A stretch of DNA of 64,000 nt from Vermamoeba vermiformis (Eukaryota), in contig JBEWZL010000027.1 of assembly GCA_045837725.1 (NCBI GenBank), positions 1-64,000 of the forward strand. Direction: 5' to 3'. Each line of letters begins with the position of its first letter. Position 1 is the first letter of the stretch. The notes under the pieces are model-generated. The model was not told where the DNA came from. It did not search any database and worked only from the letters and a program-made list of their open reading frames with translations. This document shows positions 49,368 through 61,460 of this stretch, piece by piece. The position numbers were made by a program, and so were the translations under genes.

Positions 49368-50545
49368 ATGGGTAATACTCAACTTTTCAACCGAGATCGT
49401 GCCAACAGCAAGGGCAAGAAGAACGATCGTCTGCGCAAAGATGAAGAAGCAGGCAAGGGCAATAATAACAACCAAGAGCAAGAGGATAAAGGACCTCTTG
49501 CGAAATATGATCCTCAAATCCGCCTTGTTTATGCAAATTTTCAACATGGCCGTCGCTGCAGCTGGTCTTGGCGTCGGCGCTGCTGTATTAAGCAATGCAT
49601 ATTCTGCTCCTTATAGCGTTCGTAAGTATATTTTCATATTATACCTCCATTAAAGAAAAAAAGATTCTTAGAGCACAGCAAATCCATAAAAATTCAAATT
49701 TCATTACAAATTTTAATACTAATAAAGCATCATATTTTAGAGCACATCTACACACCTACAGATTGTATAGTATTGGCTGTTGGTAACTACATTGTCAACG
49801 ACACTGATGGAACAAGAGCGATCGCAAACGGCTGGATCGGCAACACGTGTGGTTATGCAGTCAACGCGGACCTATTAGTGCGTTATACTAATATATCTAG
49901 TGGTGATGTTAATGTAACTGTAGCAAGCTTTACAAATGGTAAGTTGCAAAAAACGCATCCAGATTAGTTTTTGTTCTTTACAAAACAGCCACAAATTCCG
50001 TTTAGTTTTTCTACGTTATTCTTATTATATAATTCATACCGAGTAATTCCTTGGTTAATTACAAGCAAGTGTCATTTCCATACGAATTTCTAAAATTAGA
50101 AATTGTGCCGTTACTTCAACAATAATAATAATTCAAAAATAGCCTATAAATTGTATAATTATACGTATTTCTTTATTTATTTGTATTGAAATCATTTCTA
50201 AAGTTAATAACGTACTTATTTATTTTTTTAGTAACTACGCCGCAACAATTGCTGTACAGCAGTTTCGACACCAATGTTGCCATTAGCGTGCAATTGTTGG
50301 GCCAATCACAATCCGTCATTGACAAACAAACTTCGCGCAGCGCAGTGCAGTGTTTGAACTCGGTGGATCTCGGCATGCAAGGCACATTCGTCCGAAATAA
50401 TTGTTACGGTGCTGTACGGTTGTCTTATTATTGCAACGATAAGGCCTATTTTCAATTACAAGAAGTTGTTCTAGATCGGACGTGGATGCTGAATTCTTTC
50501 AATAGAACTTGTACTAATAATATTTTTACTGCACTTCAGCTATAA
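49368..50545 (+). CDS. Hypothetical membrane-anchored or secreted protein, multi-exon (start uncertain, possible frameshift)
   Basis: Hydrophobic MAVAAAGLGVGAAVL segment spliced to QHIYTPTDCIVLAVGNY... and TTPQQLLYSSF... exons, with several Cys and N-glycosylation sequons. Confidence 0.45.
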
Positions 50546-50727
50546 TAAATTATTCTAATGTTATGAGCAGAACGTTGACTCGGTAGGTCAAAAGGTTTTC
50601 CGCATCCACAAATCCAAAAATATTAGAATGTACTGGATCGTCACTAAGAACAGGGGAGGCGTTTGTTTCTTATTATCCAAAAGGCATATATAGTTTCAAG
50701 AGACTCGAGTTTGTAAGACTAAGTCAA

Positions 50728-52221
50728 TTACAGGTGATAGATAAAGTTGTGTTGGAGGTGGATGTCGCAGTAAGCATGCCACGTGTCATGCGATTTCAAC
50801 ACTACTGGGGCGTTGACTGTAGCAGCTTCAACACAGACAAAGGTCTAATATAATATAGTAGTATTGTTAGTAATGGTTGGGCAAGTTTGTTGAGTTCGGA
50901 TGTGCTATCGTACCTTCCAATCATCGGCACCCATATCAGCGATTGTTGCAGCCTTTTCTTTGTAAGGATTCCACACGACGTAATCAGCGAAGTTGTGTTT
51001 AGTAATAGAGATCTTATTCTCGCCATCAACCAGAGTAACGTGATCCGGTGCGCTGTGGTAAACCGAATCCGTTTCAGAACTGATCTTAACTTCATCGCGA
51101 TGTTCTTTTTCCTTCTTTTGCGTCACTTTATCGAGGTACTCGAGATTCTACGTAAAATACAGCGTTAAATAAGCCACAAAATGTTTTTAAATCTTTCGAG
51201 GAAATTTCGTGGCAGCGCAAAACGCTTTCAAACTCTATTAGGCTTAACAAAAGCATAATGTCTATGAATTGGTACCTTCAAGGATCTGATTGCAATCTTA
51301 TCGACGTCATCGACTTTGAAGTAAGTATGAAGAGCGGATGTGAATGTAATGGCGTCGTTGGACTTGTTGGTAACGTCCATAGACAAGCGTAGCTTGCTCT
51401 CTGCGATAATAGACCGTTAGTTGATGCGTAATTGTACGATACACATCATAAATAAGATAGGAGATCCAACAACGAAATACAGTGTCTTCGATAATTGTTG
51501 AGGCTAATATTATAATATTATAATATTAGATATATGATCGTACTTAATTGAGGATGGAAGGACAGTTCAGCAGTAATTTTCAATTCAAACGCATGGTTCC
51601 AGACTTTTCGCGTAGATTCGTTGTCGTGCAACACGAGAACCACCTTAGCTGTGCTCGGAATTAAAGATTAATCGCATATTACTCATTAATACTAATATTA
51701 TTAGTAGGATTGTATTATTACCTGAGTTTGAATCACCCGTGGCTGAAGTTTCTAGAAGATCGAACTTTGAGTTTCGACCAAATCCGTGTTGCGGCAATGG
51801 GCCTCCACCAAATTGAGGGAAAATAACTGGTACACCTCCTCTTATAGCTTTTTCTTCCTTAAATATCGCTTTGGAACTGAGATTTTGATTCAAAAAATCA
51901 GAAAAGTTTTTTGAAAATCAAATTGCAATATTACACGTCAAAACAAATTACTAAAATATTATAATAATTACTGTACCTCATGAATATTAATTCTTTGCCT
52001 TCTTCGGTCTTAAAAGAAGTCAAGTGAGCTCCGTAAAGGTAGATCTCAGCACTCGTGCCAGATTCCAAAGTCATGCGGACTAGTGATAATAAGATAATTA
52101 ATAATATGTATCATATTAATATTAATGGTTATTTACCTTTCGGAAATCCATTGACGCCTTCTTCGACGACAATGCGATCTTTAATGCCGTACTTCTCGTT
52201 TAATTCTTTGATTGAAGACAT
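50728..52221 (-). CDS. Glucose-6-phosphate 1-epimerase (aldose 1-epimerase family), multi-exon
   Basis: AEIYLYGAHLTSF, KAIRGGVPVIFPQFG, QHGFGRN, FTSALHTYF, VVWNP and FVCVEAA. Confidence 0.9.
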
Positions 52222-52667
52222 TATAATGATAGCAATATTAAATGTGTTGTTGATTCTAAATTAGATATTAGAAAAAGGGCCGGGGACGGATGGATATTTT
52301 TACTTTCTCGCGATGAAATCTCTGCGATAAGTCGTCTTGGCGAACTCGGCGAGATTTTTTTGACAAGAGTTCATAGTCTCAAGGACCATGACTATGCTAT
52401 TTGATGCTTTAAACGAGCTTTACGGATCTGGAACATTTGGTTACGAGTAAATTGGTCGTAGATCACAAAAAAATTTATTTCCAATCTTGTTCTTACAGTT
52501 GAACCGAATGAACTCGTGAATTTGTTCAATGTACTACGATGAGAAAGTTGATGGCAAACTTCCAATCTGTTCCATAAACGGAGCCACGGTTAGGCAAAAA
52601 TCATTCTTCGAATTTATGCCTTTGTTCGACTTCGTAGTCTGCAAAACACCACATCGCGAGCACTATA

Positions 52668-53842
52668 ATGAGATCAACGTTGGTAGTTTTGTTATCGTTA
52701 GTTCTCTGCGGCATCTGCTACGCTAAAATTTGCCGTGAATCTGCTGACTGCCCTAACGGCGCTTTCTGCTTGACTCCGACTGGCATGTGCGGCGGAGATG
52801 GACACTGTGCTTATATTCCTTCAGCTTGCTCCACTGAAATTACGTACGGTAAGATTTTCGTCTCGATCCGGTACAAAAATCGGTTAACTGTAGAAAATCC
52901 CGGCTGCTGTTAAATATTAATATATTCGACATAAACACTATTTTGGTAATTTTTTAACGCTACGATCAACATTTTTTATTTTAAAAATAAAAATATTCTA
53001 ATTTTACCTACAACTAGTTTGCGGTTGCGATGGCAAGACTTACCCTAATGCCTGCTACGCCTTTGCTCGTAACGTTTCAATCTATGAAGACGAAGGATGC
53101 TCTGGTAAGTCAGATCGACGAAGTCGTATAAGCGCGTAACTTACCTTTTATTCGGTCAGATATTAAGATATGCACTTCTAATAAGGATTGCCCTTCTGTT
53201 CCCGATGGTAGACCTCAATACTGCCAGCTTCCAAATGTAAGTGCCGCTTAGCCCTAGATCCGAATTTACGAACGGATCGTCTGGTCTTAAACTCATTCTC
53301 ATCGCCTCTTGATGCTTAAGATTATTAAATAATGTATACTAGGGTCAATGCAGTGGTCGTGGTCGATGCGCCGATTTGCCTGACAATTGCGAAGGCGTTG
53401 TTCGTGAAGTCTGCGGATGCGATGGAATTACTTACCTCAATGACTGCGATGCCGCTCAATCAGGCGTTAATGTTAAGACCCGTAGCCATTGCATCAGTAA
53501 GTATTATATAATCATTACCTTAGCCTCATCAGTACTAACGTAAGCCGAATCCAGATCCTGCGTGCCGCCAAAACTCGGATTGCACTCAACCCAACACTTA
53601 CTGCAGCAAGCCCGAGAATAACTGCAACGCAAGTAAGTCATCTTAGCCATATATTACTAAGCGTACTGTTACTAACGAGTGTTGGATCAGGTGGTGAATG
53701 TGTTGCGCGTCCCTTGACTTGCACGACAGAATTCAACCCCGTGTGTGGCTGCGACGGTCGTTATTACGGCAATGCTTGCTATGCTGCCGTCGATGGTACT
53801 TCAGTGCACAATGTAGGCTCGTGCTCGTCGAAGCAAATTTAA
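52668..53842 (+). CDS. Secreted Cys-rich protein with three Kazal-like domains
   Basis: Signal peptide, then VCGCDGKTYPNAC, VCGCDGITYLNDC and PVCGCDGRYYGNAC in successive exons. Confidence 0.85.
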
Positions 53843-53974
53843 TAAACCTTCGCAAAGTCGGGGTATCCGATTCTGAGCTAAATCTGCAATCACATCACTT
53901 TTACCTCAAAATTCAGTGAACGGTCACTCTGTTGCTACACTTTTACTGTTAACCATCGCAGCGGTGCGCAACTA

Positions 53975-54573
53975 ACTATGTATCGATTCGTTGGCAAAGT
54001 CAGAATTCCATTTGGCTTCAAGTGCTTGGCAAATCGTATCCATATCCTACGGACAGTATCTCTTAGATTGACCGCGTGAAATTTTTATATATAAAAGACT
54101 TACTGGTCTCATTGAAGGCTCTTTGTTCCAGCACTGCGTCATCAGTTCGGCGATCGCTCGATCACAATCAGATGGAATGCGAGGTGAGTACCCTTGGTCC
54201 CTATTGTAATACGATCTATTAGCACTAGGAACTGAATAGTAGGCAAGGTGGATTCGGCGATGTTGTTCAATTGACACGTGTCATTTTTTGACATGTTGTT
54301 TACATTACCTGATCTTCAAGCCAACAAACAACGTGTCTTCTTCAACATGAGGTTCACTTTGCGTCATCACTTCGTACATGACAATGCCAAACGTCCAAAT
54401 ATCAGTTTTCGAACTGTAAACTCCTCGCAATGCTTCGGGTGACTACAACGCTCGTTAATTATGCATCTAATTAATCAGAAATGAAGTTATTACCATCCAT
54501 CGAATTGGACCAGTGGTGTCAACTGTTGTGTTTGGTTCGTTGATGTCATCGACTTTTTTCGAGAGACCAAAGT
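53975..54573 (-). pseudogene. Orphan C-terminal fragment of a TKL kinase
   Basis: Exons read DFGLSKK...GPIRWM|SPEALRGVYSSKTDIWTFG...|DQGYSP...CWNKEPSMRP|DMDTIC. I found no HRD, VAxK or Gly-loop exons upstream before the next gene. Confidence 0.65.
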
Positions 54574-55054
54574 CCTACAAACAGAGCGATTAAATTAAGT
54601 AAGATACCGTTTAAATAGCAACAATTTTCTATTGTTTATAACATAATATTTATTTAATTGGCGGAGGGCATGATGCCAAGATAATTAATTTAATTGCTTA
54701 ATTTTCAATTTTAGAAAAGTAATCACGCAAAAAAATTTGCATACCATTCTATACACTTGTAGGTGTTTCATTGGTTGCTACATTGTACGCTTCAAATTCT
54801 TAATTGGATGGAGTTCACTGGCCGATCGATCCAGAAATTCTCATTGGTTGCGTTGCATTTAAGCAATCTTATTATAGAATATAATACCAAGCTAGTATTC
54901 ACTTCCTAATCGCAAGTCATTTGTTGGGATCTTGTCCACGTTTCTATTTCATGAACGAATCACAATCTAATCGTATTTTGCCGGATTTTAAATGATTCTG
55001 TTTATTCATTGAACAGTTACTACGAGCTCAGCAGAAGTAAGATCGAGGCATCGA

Positions 55055-57156
55055 ATGAAACAACAGTTTTCTCACTTGCATCGAGCAGAGAGCGGCCTTT
55101 TTGCTGCGTTGCCAAACTCTCAACGAGGTACATCTGCCGCTGATGGAACAAGGTGCGTAGTATGCTATGGATATGATTATTTTAGCGATATACGCTCGTT
55201 ATAGAGAGCCGTATCAAATTCCTGTTCCATTCGGTAGATCGCAAGTGTCGTTTTCACTGACATTCCTATTTTATTCAGTTCCTTCTCGATATTCATCACT
55301 ACAATTAAGGGATATGTAGGCGTGGGTATATTATCTATACCTTTTTCATTTTATCAAGGCGGTTTGGCGGTAAGAATACTATTTCCGAAATATTTCAAAA
55401 ATGGATCTGAATCCGTTATTCAGTTTTCTCTGGCTGCCTACCTGTTGATTGGGTTCCTATCTCTTCATACAATGCTCCTTCTAGTAGACTGCAAAAATGC
55501 TCTATTGACACGCGGCAGATCTGTTTCAACGTTTTCGGATCTTGTAAGCATTCAGCGAACAATTTTTTATTTGTCATTCAGCATATTAATAATCAATATG
55601 CAGGGAGGAGAGCTATTAGGGCGCTACGGGACTCATTTAATTGATATACTGCTTTTGGGTTCACAAGTACGAAATGAAATTACGCCAGCGTGTCAAAGTG
55701 TCAAAACTCATCGAGCATTTCAATAGATAGCTTATGCGACTTCAGTGGTCATTTTTGTGAGCACTAATTTGGCTTCACTATTTGACTGGCCAAGCGGCGT
55801 TTCCGAGCTCGGCCAGAGGTGGATCTGGATGTCGCTCATTTTGCCGATCTTGATCCTGCTTTCGCTGCTCCGAAGTATCAAATGGCTTACCCCTATTAAT
55901 GTCGTAGCCTTATTCATATTCATGTTTGGATTCATCGTTGTGTGTTATTTCGGTATGTAACCAGGGCAATGAGATTTTGTGGTTCATTTTGCTGATCTTG
56001 TCCCATTAAGGAATGTCTTATCGCATGTCCATCCCCGGAGATACCTCCGATGATATAGGTCGCGTAGAGATGTTGCACACGAATATTTTCGATTGCACTT
56101 CTACGATAGCTTTGGCAATTTACAGTTTTGCTGCAATTGGAATGGTGTTGCCTATGGAAGAGTCAGCTAAAGATAAGCACAGTTGTAAGTCATATAACTC
56201 ACTCTATTTAATACCATATGATTTCTTATCTTTCGCTTCCATACAATAGTTCCCATTGTGTTCGCTGCTGGCACTTGGATCATGGTTGCTGGTTTGATAA
56301 TGTTCGGTGCTATTGGATACGTTTGTTTTGGCGATCAGATTGAATCTAGTGAGTACATCTATATAATAATAATTGCTTAAATAGTGTTGTGCATTTCACA
56401 CAATTGTTACGTAATTCTAACAGACTTGCCTTTTATAGTAATATTAATGAATCTCGACGACACCTTGCACCAAACAGTCATGTTGCATGCGTTGAAGAAA
56501 ACAATTCAAATCGGATTCATCATTGGAGCGTTGTTCGGATACCCCATGTGCTTGTGGCCAGTGATCCAACGATTGGAAAATATGATTTTCTTCAAACAAC
56601 CACCCGCTATCGCTCAAAGCATTAATTATGTGACATCTGACGAAGAGGCACCAGCAGATTTAACACCGCGACACTCGATCCAAGAGACCGAATCCGTGAA
56701 CAGCGAAACTTCTGAGCCTGAACCAGACGTTAAAGTGATTAAGACTCCTTTTCCATTGAAGTTCAACTTTGGCTTGGAAATGAAGCGAAATTTCTTGCGC
56801 ATTGGTCTCGTGTTCGGCACTGTCATTCTCGCCGTCGTAGTGCCGTCATTTGATCTGTTCATTTCAATCATTGGCGCTACTTTTGGTACTTCCCTAATGC
56901 TCATCGTAAGTATAATATTACCATTACTAAAATTAAATCGGTGGATATTGACTTACTTCGTAAAAAGGTTCCTCCGGTCTTGCACATCCAAGTCCAAAAA
57001 TTGATGATGAACGAGCCTGAACAATCTCGCTATAAGATCAAAGCAGTTATTATTAAGGACATTATTTTAGCTGTTTTTGGCGGCTTTGCGTTGTTCCTCT
57101 GCACTTCAGTCACCGTTCGAAACATTATTTTGCATTACGTCAAGCATACTGAGTAA
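55055..57156 (+). CDS. Amino-acid transporter (Aa_trans/SLC36-like), multi-exon
   Basis: IKGYVGVGILSIPFSFYQGG, AIYSFAAIGMVLPME, GYVCFG, YPMCLWP and VVPSFDLFISIIGA. The start may lie further upstream. Confidence 0.88.
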
Positions 57157-57261
57157 TGTTCATATAATGTTCCGTTTCCTCTTATTTATTCTTGTAAATA
57201 GTACCGCATATTATGTTAATAAATTGTTTTTGAACTTACGGACCGTTTATTATTTTTTGGT

Positions 57262-60200
57262 TCATTCGTCTTGATCCGCTTCTTCGGCACCATCAACCGG
57301 CAAAATTTGTTCAATATTGTTCTTGATAATCTCGTCGATGTTATATTCGCTGTCTTGTAAGGTATACGCCATTTTAGGATCGCCTTTGACGAACACTAGA
57401 ACGTTTTGATGATTTCTTGCAATTTTCTTGCTGCTATTGTACATCTTCTGCACGGTGAATCTTTTGCTGCCGAGGTGATTGACTAATATCAATTCATTAT
57501 AATACTGCATGCCTGCATTTTCAAAGGCTCTAATTGTATCGGCAACGAATGGAATGCTTTGTCCGATGCCTTGTCGATCACGGAAATCGCACACGACGAA
57601 TACAGCAAATCGATTTTCTTTCAATAGTGCCACCGTTTGTTGAATAATTTTCTAAGAAATAAATTAGGTTATTTTTGTTTCCTAAAATTCAGTAATTACC
57701 GAATAATCATTGAAAAATTCTTCGTATGACGGCAATCGACTCAAATCATAAGGATCATTGCTGTATACTTCCAAGTCTGTAATAATCATTAGATGATTGC
57801 TTAAAATGAGTTAGATCCGTACCATAGAAAGGTGGACACGAGAAAATGAAGTCAAATTTGTCTTCCTCTTTGATGTTGTTCGGATCTAGGTTATAATGGC
57901 CGGCAATAAGGTTTGTTATATTTCTGCTGTCGCCTTCAATCCATGTCGCAGGAATTTTGGTGCGGATGCGTTGAAGTTGGTACTTGTTTTGAGTAATTTG
58001 GTCTTTTCTTAGTTCGACACCAGTATACTAAAAAATAATTAGCTTAGTTTCAGCAATAGTTATATTATTTGCTTACTTCTAGTCCAAGACAGCTAGCAAC
58101 AATGCCTCGAATAGATCCGGCGAATGGATCCAGGACCCTAATAACACCATCAGAATAGTGATACCATATTAATGATGAGCGAATATTACCTGCCACTTGG
58201 CGGACAAAACCATCTAAACGATATTTCGGCCAATGTCGGATCGAACACACTCACATCCGCGAACGTGAGGACTTTATCCCAATACTGCTCTTTAAACTCT
58301 TTTGTCGTTAATTTTCTACCGAGCTCGGCCTCTTTTTTGCTCTTTTTCTGGTAAAACTGCGCATCTCGCAGATGAGCCGCATGGATCGTGTTGCTGGTTT
58401 TGTGCATCTCAATACCACGACTCCCTTGAAGCAAAAATCATTAATAAGACACCCATTATATAGTAGGACATACTGTTAATGCCAAGACTATGCCACATCT
58501 TATTTCGTTGCCGCCAGTTTCCTTGTCTGGTGTCCAAAAATGACTGCGGAACAACGAGAAATCGCTCAGCCAAAGAGCCCTTTAATTTCTCGTGCTCGGT
58601 GACTTTGATTTTCTGTCTTTTGTTTCGAATAGCCTTCGTCTTTTTCTTCGCCAAATCAACAACCTCGCCGGTCTCCAAGTCATAAAAATATTTATAGAAA
58701 AACTCTTTGACCTTCGGTTCAGCGTCTTCTCCATTTTTAGCAGCTAGTTCTCGTTTTCTTAGAACGGATTTATACTCTTCTAAATGATAAATAGCGCATT
58801 TTTCGAGAATTGTGTCCTCTAAAGAAAAGTCAAAAATATTTCCAAATATGGTAATATTAATTCAAATTACCGTAGTTCTCGTCAAAGTGATTAGAAGAGA
58901 CTAATTCATTCGGCTGAAATTCTTCTAAGTCATCGTCTTCCCATTTGAAATGCTTGGCAGGTTCATAGAACCATCGAACAACAAGCTTTCGCTCATCTGT
59001 TTCGTCGTCAGAACTCAACTTAATTTTTCATTAATATTAACGTACCGTCCTCAATTTTAATGTCTTCAATTCGGCAAAACCAATTTTCATCACCGCCGTT
59101 GAGAATAACGTAATCTCCTTGTTTGTACTCGACTCCTTCGAGCATGAAGGATTTACTGCTCGATAACTGAGCCATGAATGCTGAATAGCTAAATAAAATA
59201 TTAATAACATGTCTACGAATTATTAATATTATTTACCTTTTAACTGGCACGTCTTCATCGTTTGTTTCGTAGAGTTGTCTGTCATCAATAAATTCTTCTT
59301 CCTTCTCGCCGTTGGTATTATTATTATTAACGTTCGTATTATTTATATTAATATTGTTTCGTGGCTTGTAAATCGTTGTCAACGGCTCTTTTGGCTTTGA
59401 ATAAGGTATTTTTTGAACGGATCCGTTTTGCTTTGTACCTTTTGCTCTTGGTTTTGGCTTTTGCTCTTCCTCGTCGGGAGGCGGGATTTCTTCTAATTCG
59501 TCGTCGAGTTCTTCAATAATTATTTCTTTCTTTTTGCCCGCTTTAATTCTGCGAATTGCTTCTTGGATCGGCGACATCTTGGTGCGTGGCTCGTCGTCAC
59601 TAATTTCTTCGATTTCATCTGCTCCATCCAATGAATTTCGTTTCAATCTTCTTAATTTCTTCGATTTTGGCTTCTTCTCGAGTATTTCGTTCACGTCAAT
59701 GTCGTCAGACACGTACTCGGGTGTTTCTAGCGTAAATTTTGTTTGTTCAGTCGAGGCTTGAACTTCGACAGAATTATCCACTTCAATAACTTCTTTAGTC
59801 TCCTCTATAACTTCTTCTTTTGCTACGATCTCTTGAGGCTCTTCGACAACATCCATTTTTGCTGTGGTTTCTTTAGTCTCTTCGACAACATCTTCTTTTG
59901 CTATGATTTCTCGAGGCTCTTCGACATTAGCTCTTGTTTTTTCGTCGAGCTTTTGTACAGACTCTTCAACAACATTTTCTTTTGTTTTGGTTTCTTGAGG
60001 CTCTTCGCCATTAGTTTTAGTTTGTTCGACTTGGGGTTTTTGTACACGCTTTTCAACAAGCGATGCAGGGACCTCTGTAACCTCTTCAGCGCTTTGCTGC
60101 TTTGCACCAACAAAAAGTCGACCAAATAGTCCTTTGCTTGGAGGACTCTTTTCTTCCACTTTCTCATCCGGAACTTTTGGATGCAGCTCCTCAACGGCTT

Positions 60201-60918
60201 CTTCGATATTACTATCGGTAATGATATCCTCAACACCATTTTCATACATTTCAGGCTCGATTTCCTGCACGTCTTCAATAAGGTCTTCAGTTTTCTTCGG
60301 TTTCGCACGTGGATGAGCTGCAGATCTGTTGACTCGTGGTGCTTTAGCCTTGACTTTTCCTGGAAACAGTTCCTTCTCTCGTAAAGGAGGTGGCGGTGAT
60401 GACTTTGCACGATACTTTTGAACGACGCTGCTCGTGGTTGTCAAGTTTGGAAGATCGCCAAGATCCTCCTCTTTCTTTTTTTGAAAAGCTAAATTCTTTT
60501 TATTCTGATTTGAATTTGCTTGGTTGTAAATCATTTTTTTTCCATTTGGAGAATTTGTTTTAGCCATTTTACCAGGAGGCGACATTTCAATAAGATCCTC
60601 ATCTGCAAAATTATTATGTTTATTAATACTTCGAAGGAAAACGCAATAATATGCATAAATTAAGCATTTTATATGATTTTTTTTGCAAATAAATTAAACT
60701 TAAAAATCAAAAAAAGAAGATATTTATTTACCTTCTCGTTTTCGCTTTTTAGTGTCTGATCCGGAGTCTTGATCGCTATCTGCACTGCCATTGTTATTAT
60801 TAAGACCGGGTTCTTCGTTAGAATCGTCAGATATCTCTATTTGAGAGCGCTCATCTCTACGAGCCCGTTGATCGCCATCCGGCAGAACCGCAGAGAGCAG
60901 CCTCCGAAACGAAAACAT
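57262..60918 (-). CDS. BAH-domain + phage/bacterial-type DNA amino-methyltransferase (N4C/N6A) fusion protein with a long acidic N-terminal region, multi-exon
   Basis: Exons splice in frame. BAH: YKQGDYVILN...WFCRIEDI...VVRWFYEP...NELVSSNHFD...ILEKCAI. MTase: SLAERFLVVP.SFLDTRQG.W, SVFDPTLAEISFRWFCP, motif I VLDPFAG, YTGVELR, WIEGDS, motif IV FDFIFSCPPFYDLEVYS, LKENRFAVFVVCDFRD, HQNVLVFVKGDPK. Confidence 0.85.
59780..60010 (-). repeat. Imperfect 39-nt (13-aa) coding repeats EE(P/T)xExxAKExVV in the methyltransferase N-terminal region
   Basis: EEPREIIAKEDVV / EETKETTAKMDVV / EEPQEIVAKEEVI / EEPQETKTKENVV. Confidence 0.7.
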
Positions 60919-61460
60919 TTTAAACATAAATAACACACAATATTTAAAATGCTCGGCGACTTGAAACTCGTGGTGGAGGTGCCTGAAGCGAAGGAACAAA
61001 GCAACAAAAAACTTTTCAGTCAGAAATCAATCAAATCAGCAAATGCAACAACAATGATAATACTTATTAAACAAAATGCCCAATGATAAACAAAACCGAA
61101 GCCTACCTTCGCTTAAAAGGCTGGATGAAGTAATTTAGGGCGAGATTTGGTTGCTTATGTTTGGCTCTTTTATTTCCGAAATATTTCAATTAATTTTGCG
61201 CAATTAATTTTATAGAAGATGAAGCTGTAGCAATTCAAATTTTACAAGTCCGTCATAAAAAAATCGGATGTGCCTTTGTCACAAGGTAAGTTGTTTAACT
61301 TGGCAATAATTATTTTATTTTGCTAACTAACTATTTCGGTGTTAACGAATTTTATTAATTCTAAATTTAGGTTTGTCCGCTTGGTCGAATCTCAAGATCA
61401 GTTCACCATTTATCCGTTTGACCGGTCACCACTCAAGTTGCCCTCGTTATACTAAGAATT

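Noticed and set aside
49368-49616. Programmed frameshifting as an explanation of the frame breaks near 15130, 40000, 41880 and 49500
   Set aside because: No shared slippery sequence or downstream structure is evident. Sequencing indels or pseudogenisation are simpler explanations.
59743-60410. Overlapping alternative-frame ORFs in the acidic region
   Set aside because: By-products of the low-complexity Glu/Lys-rich coding repeats.
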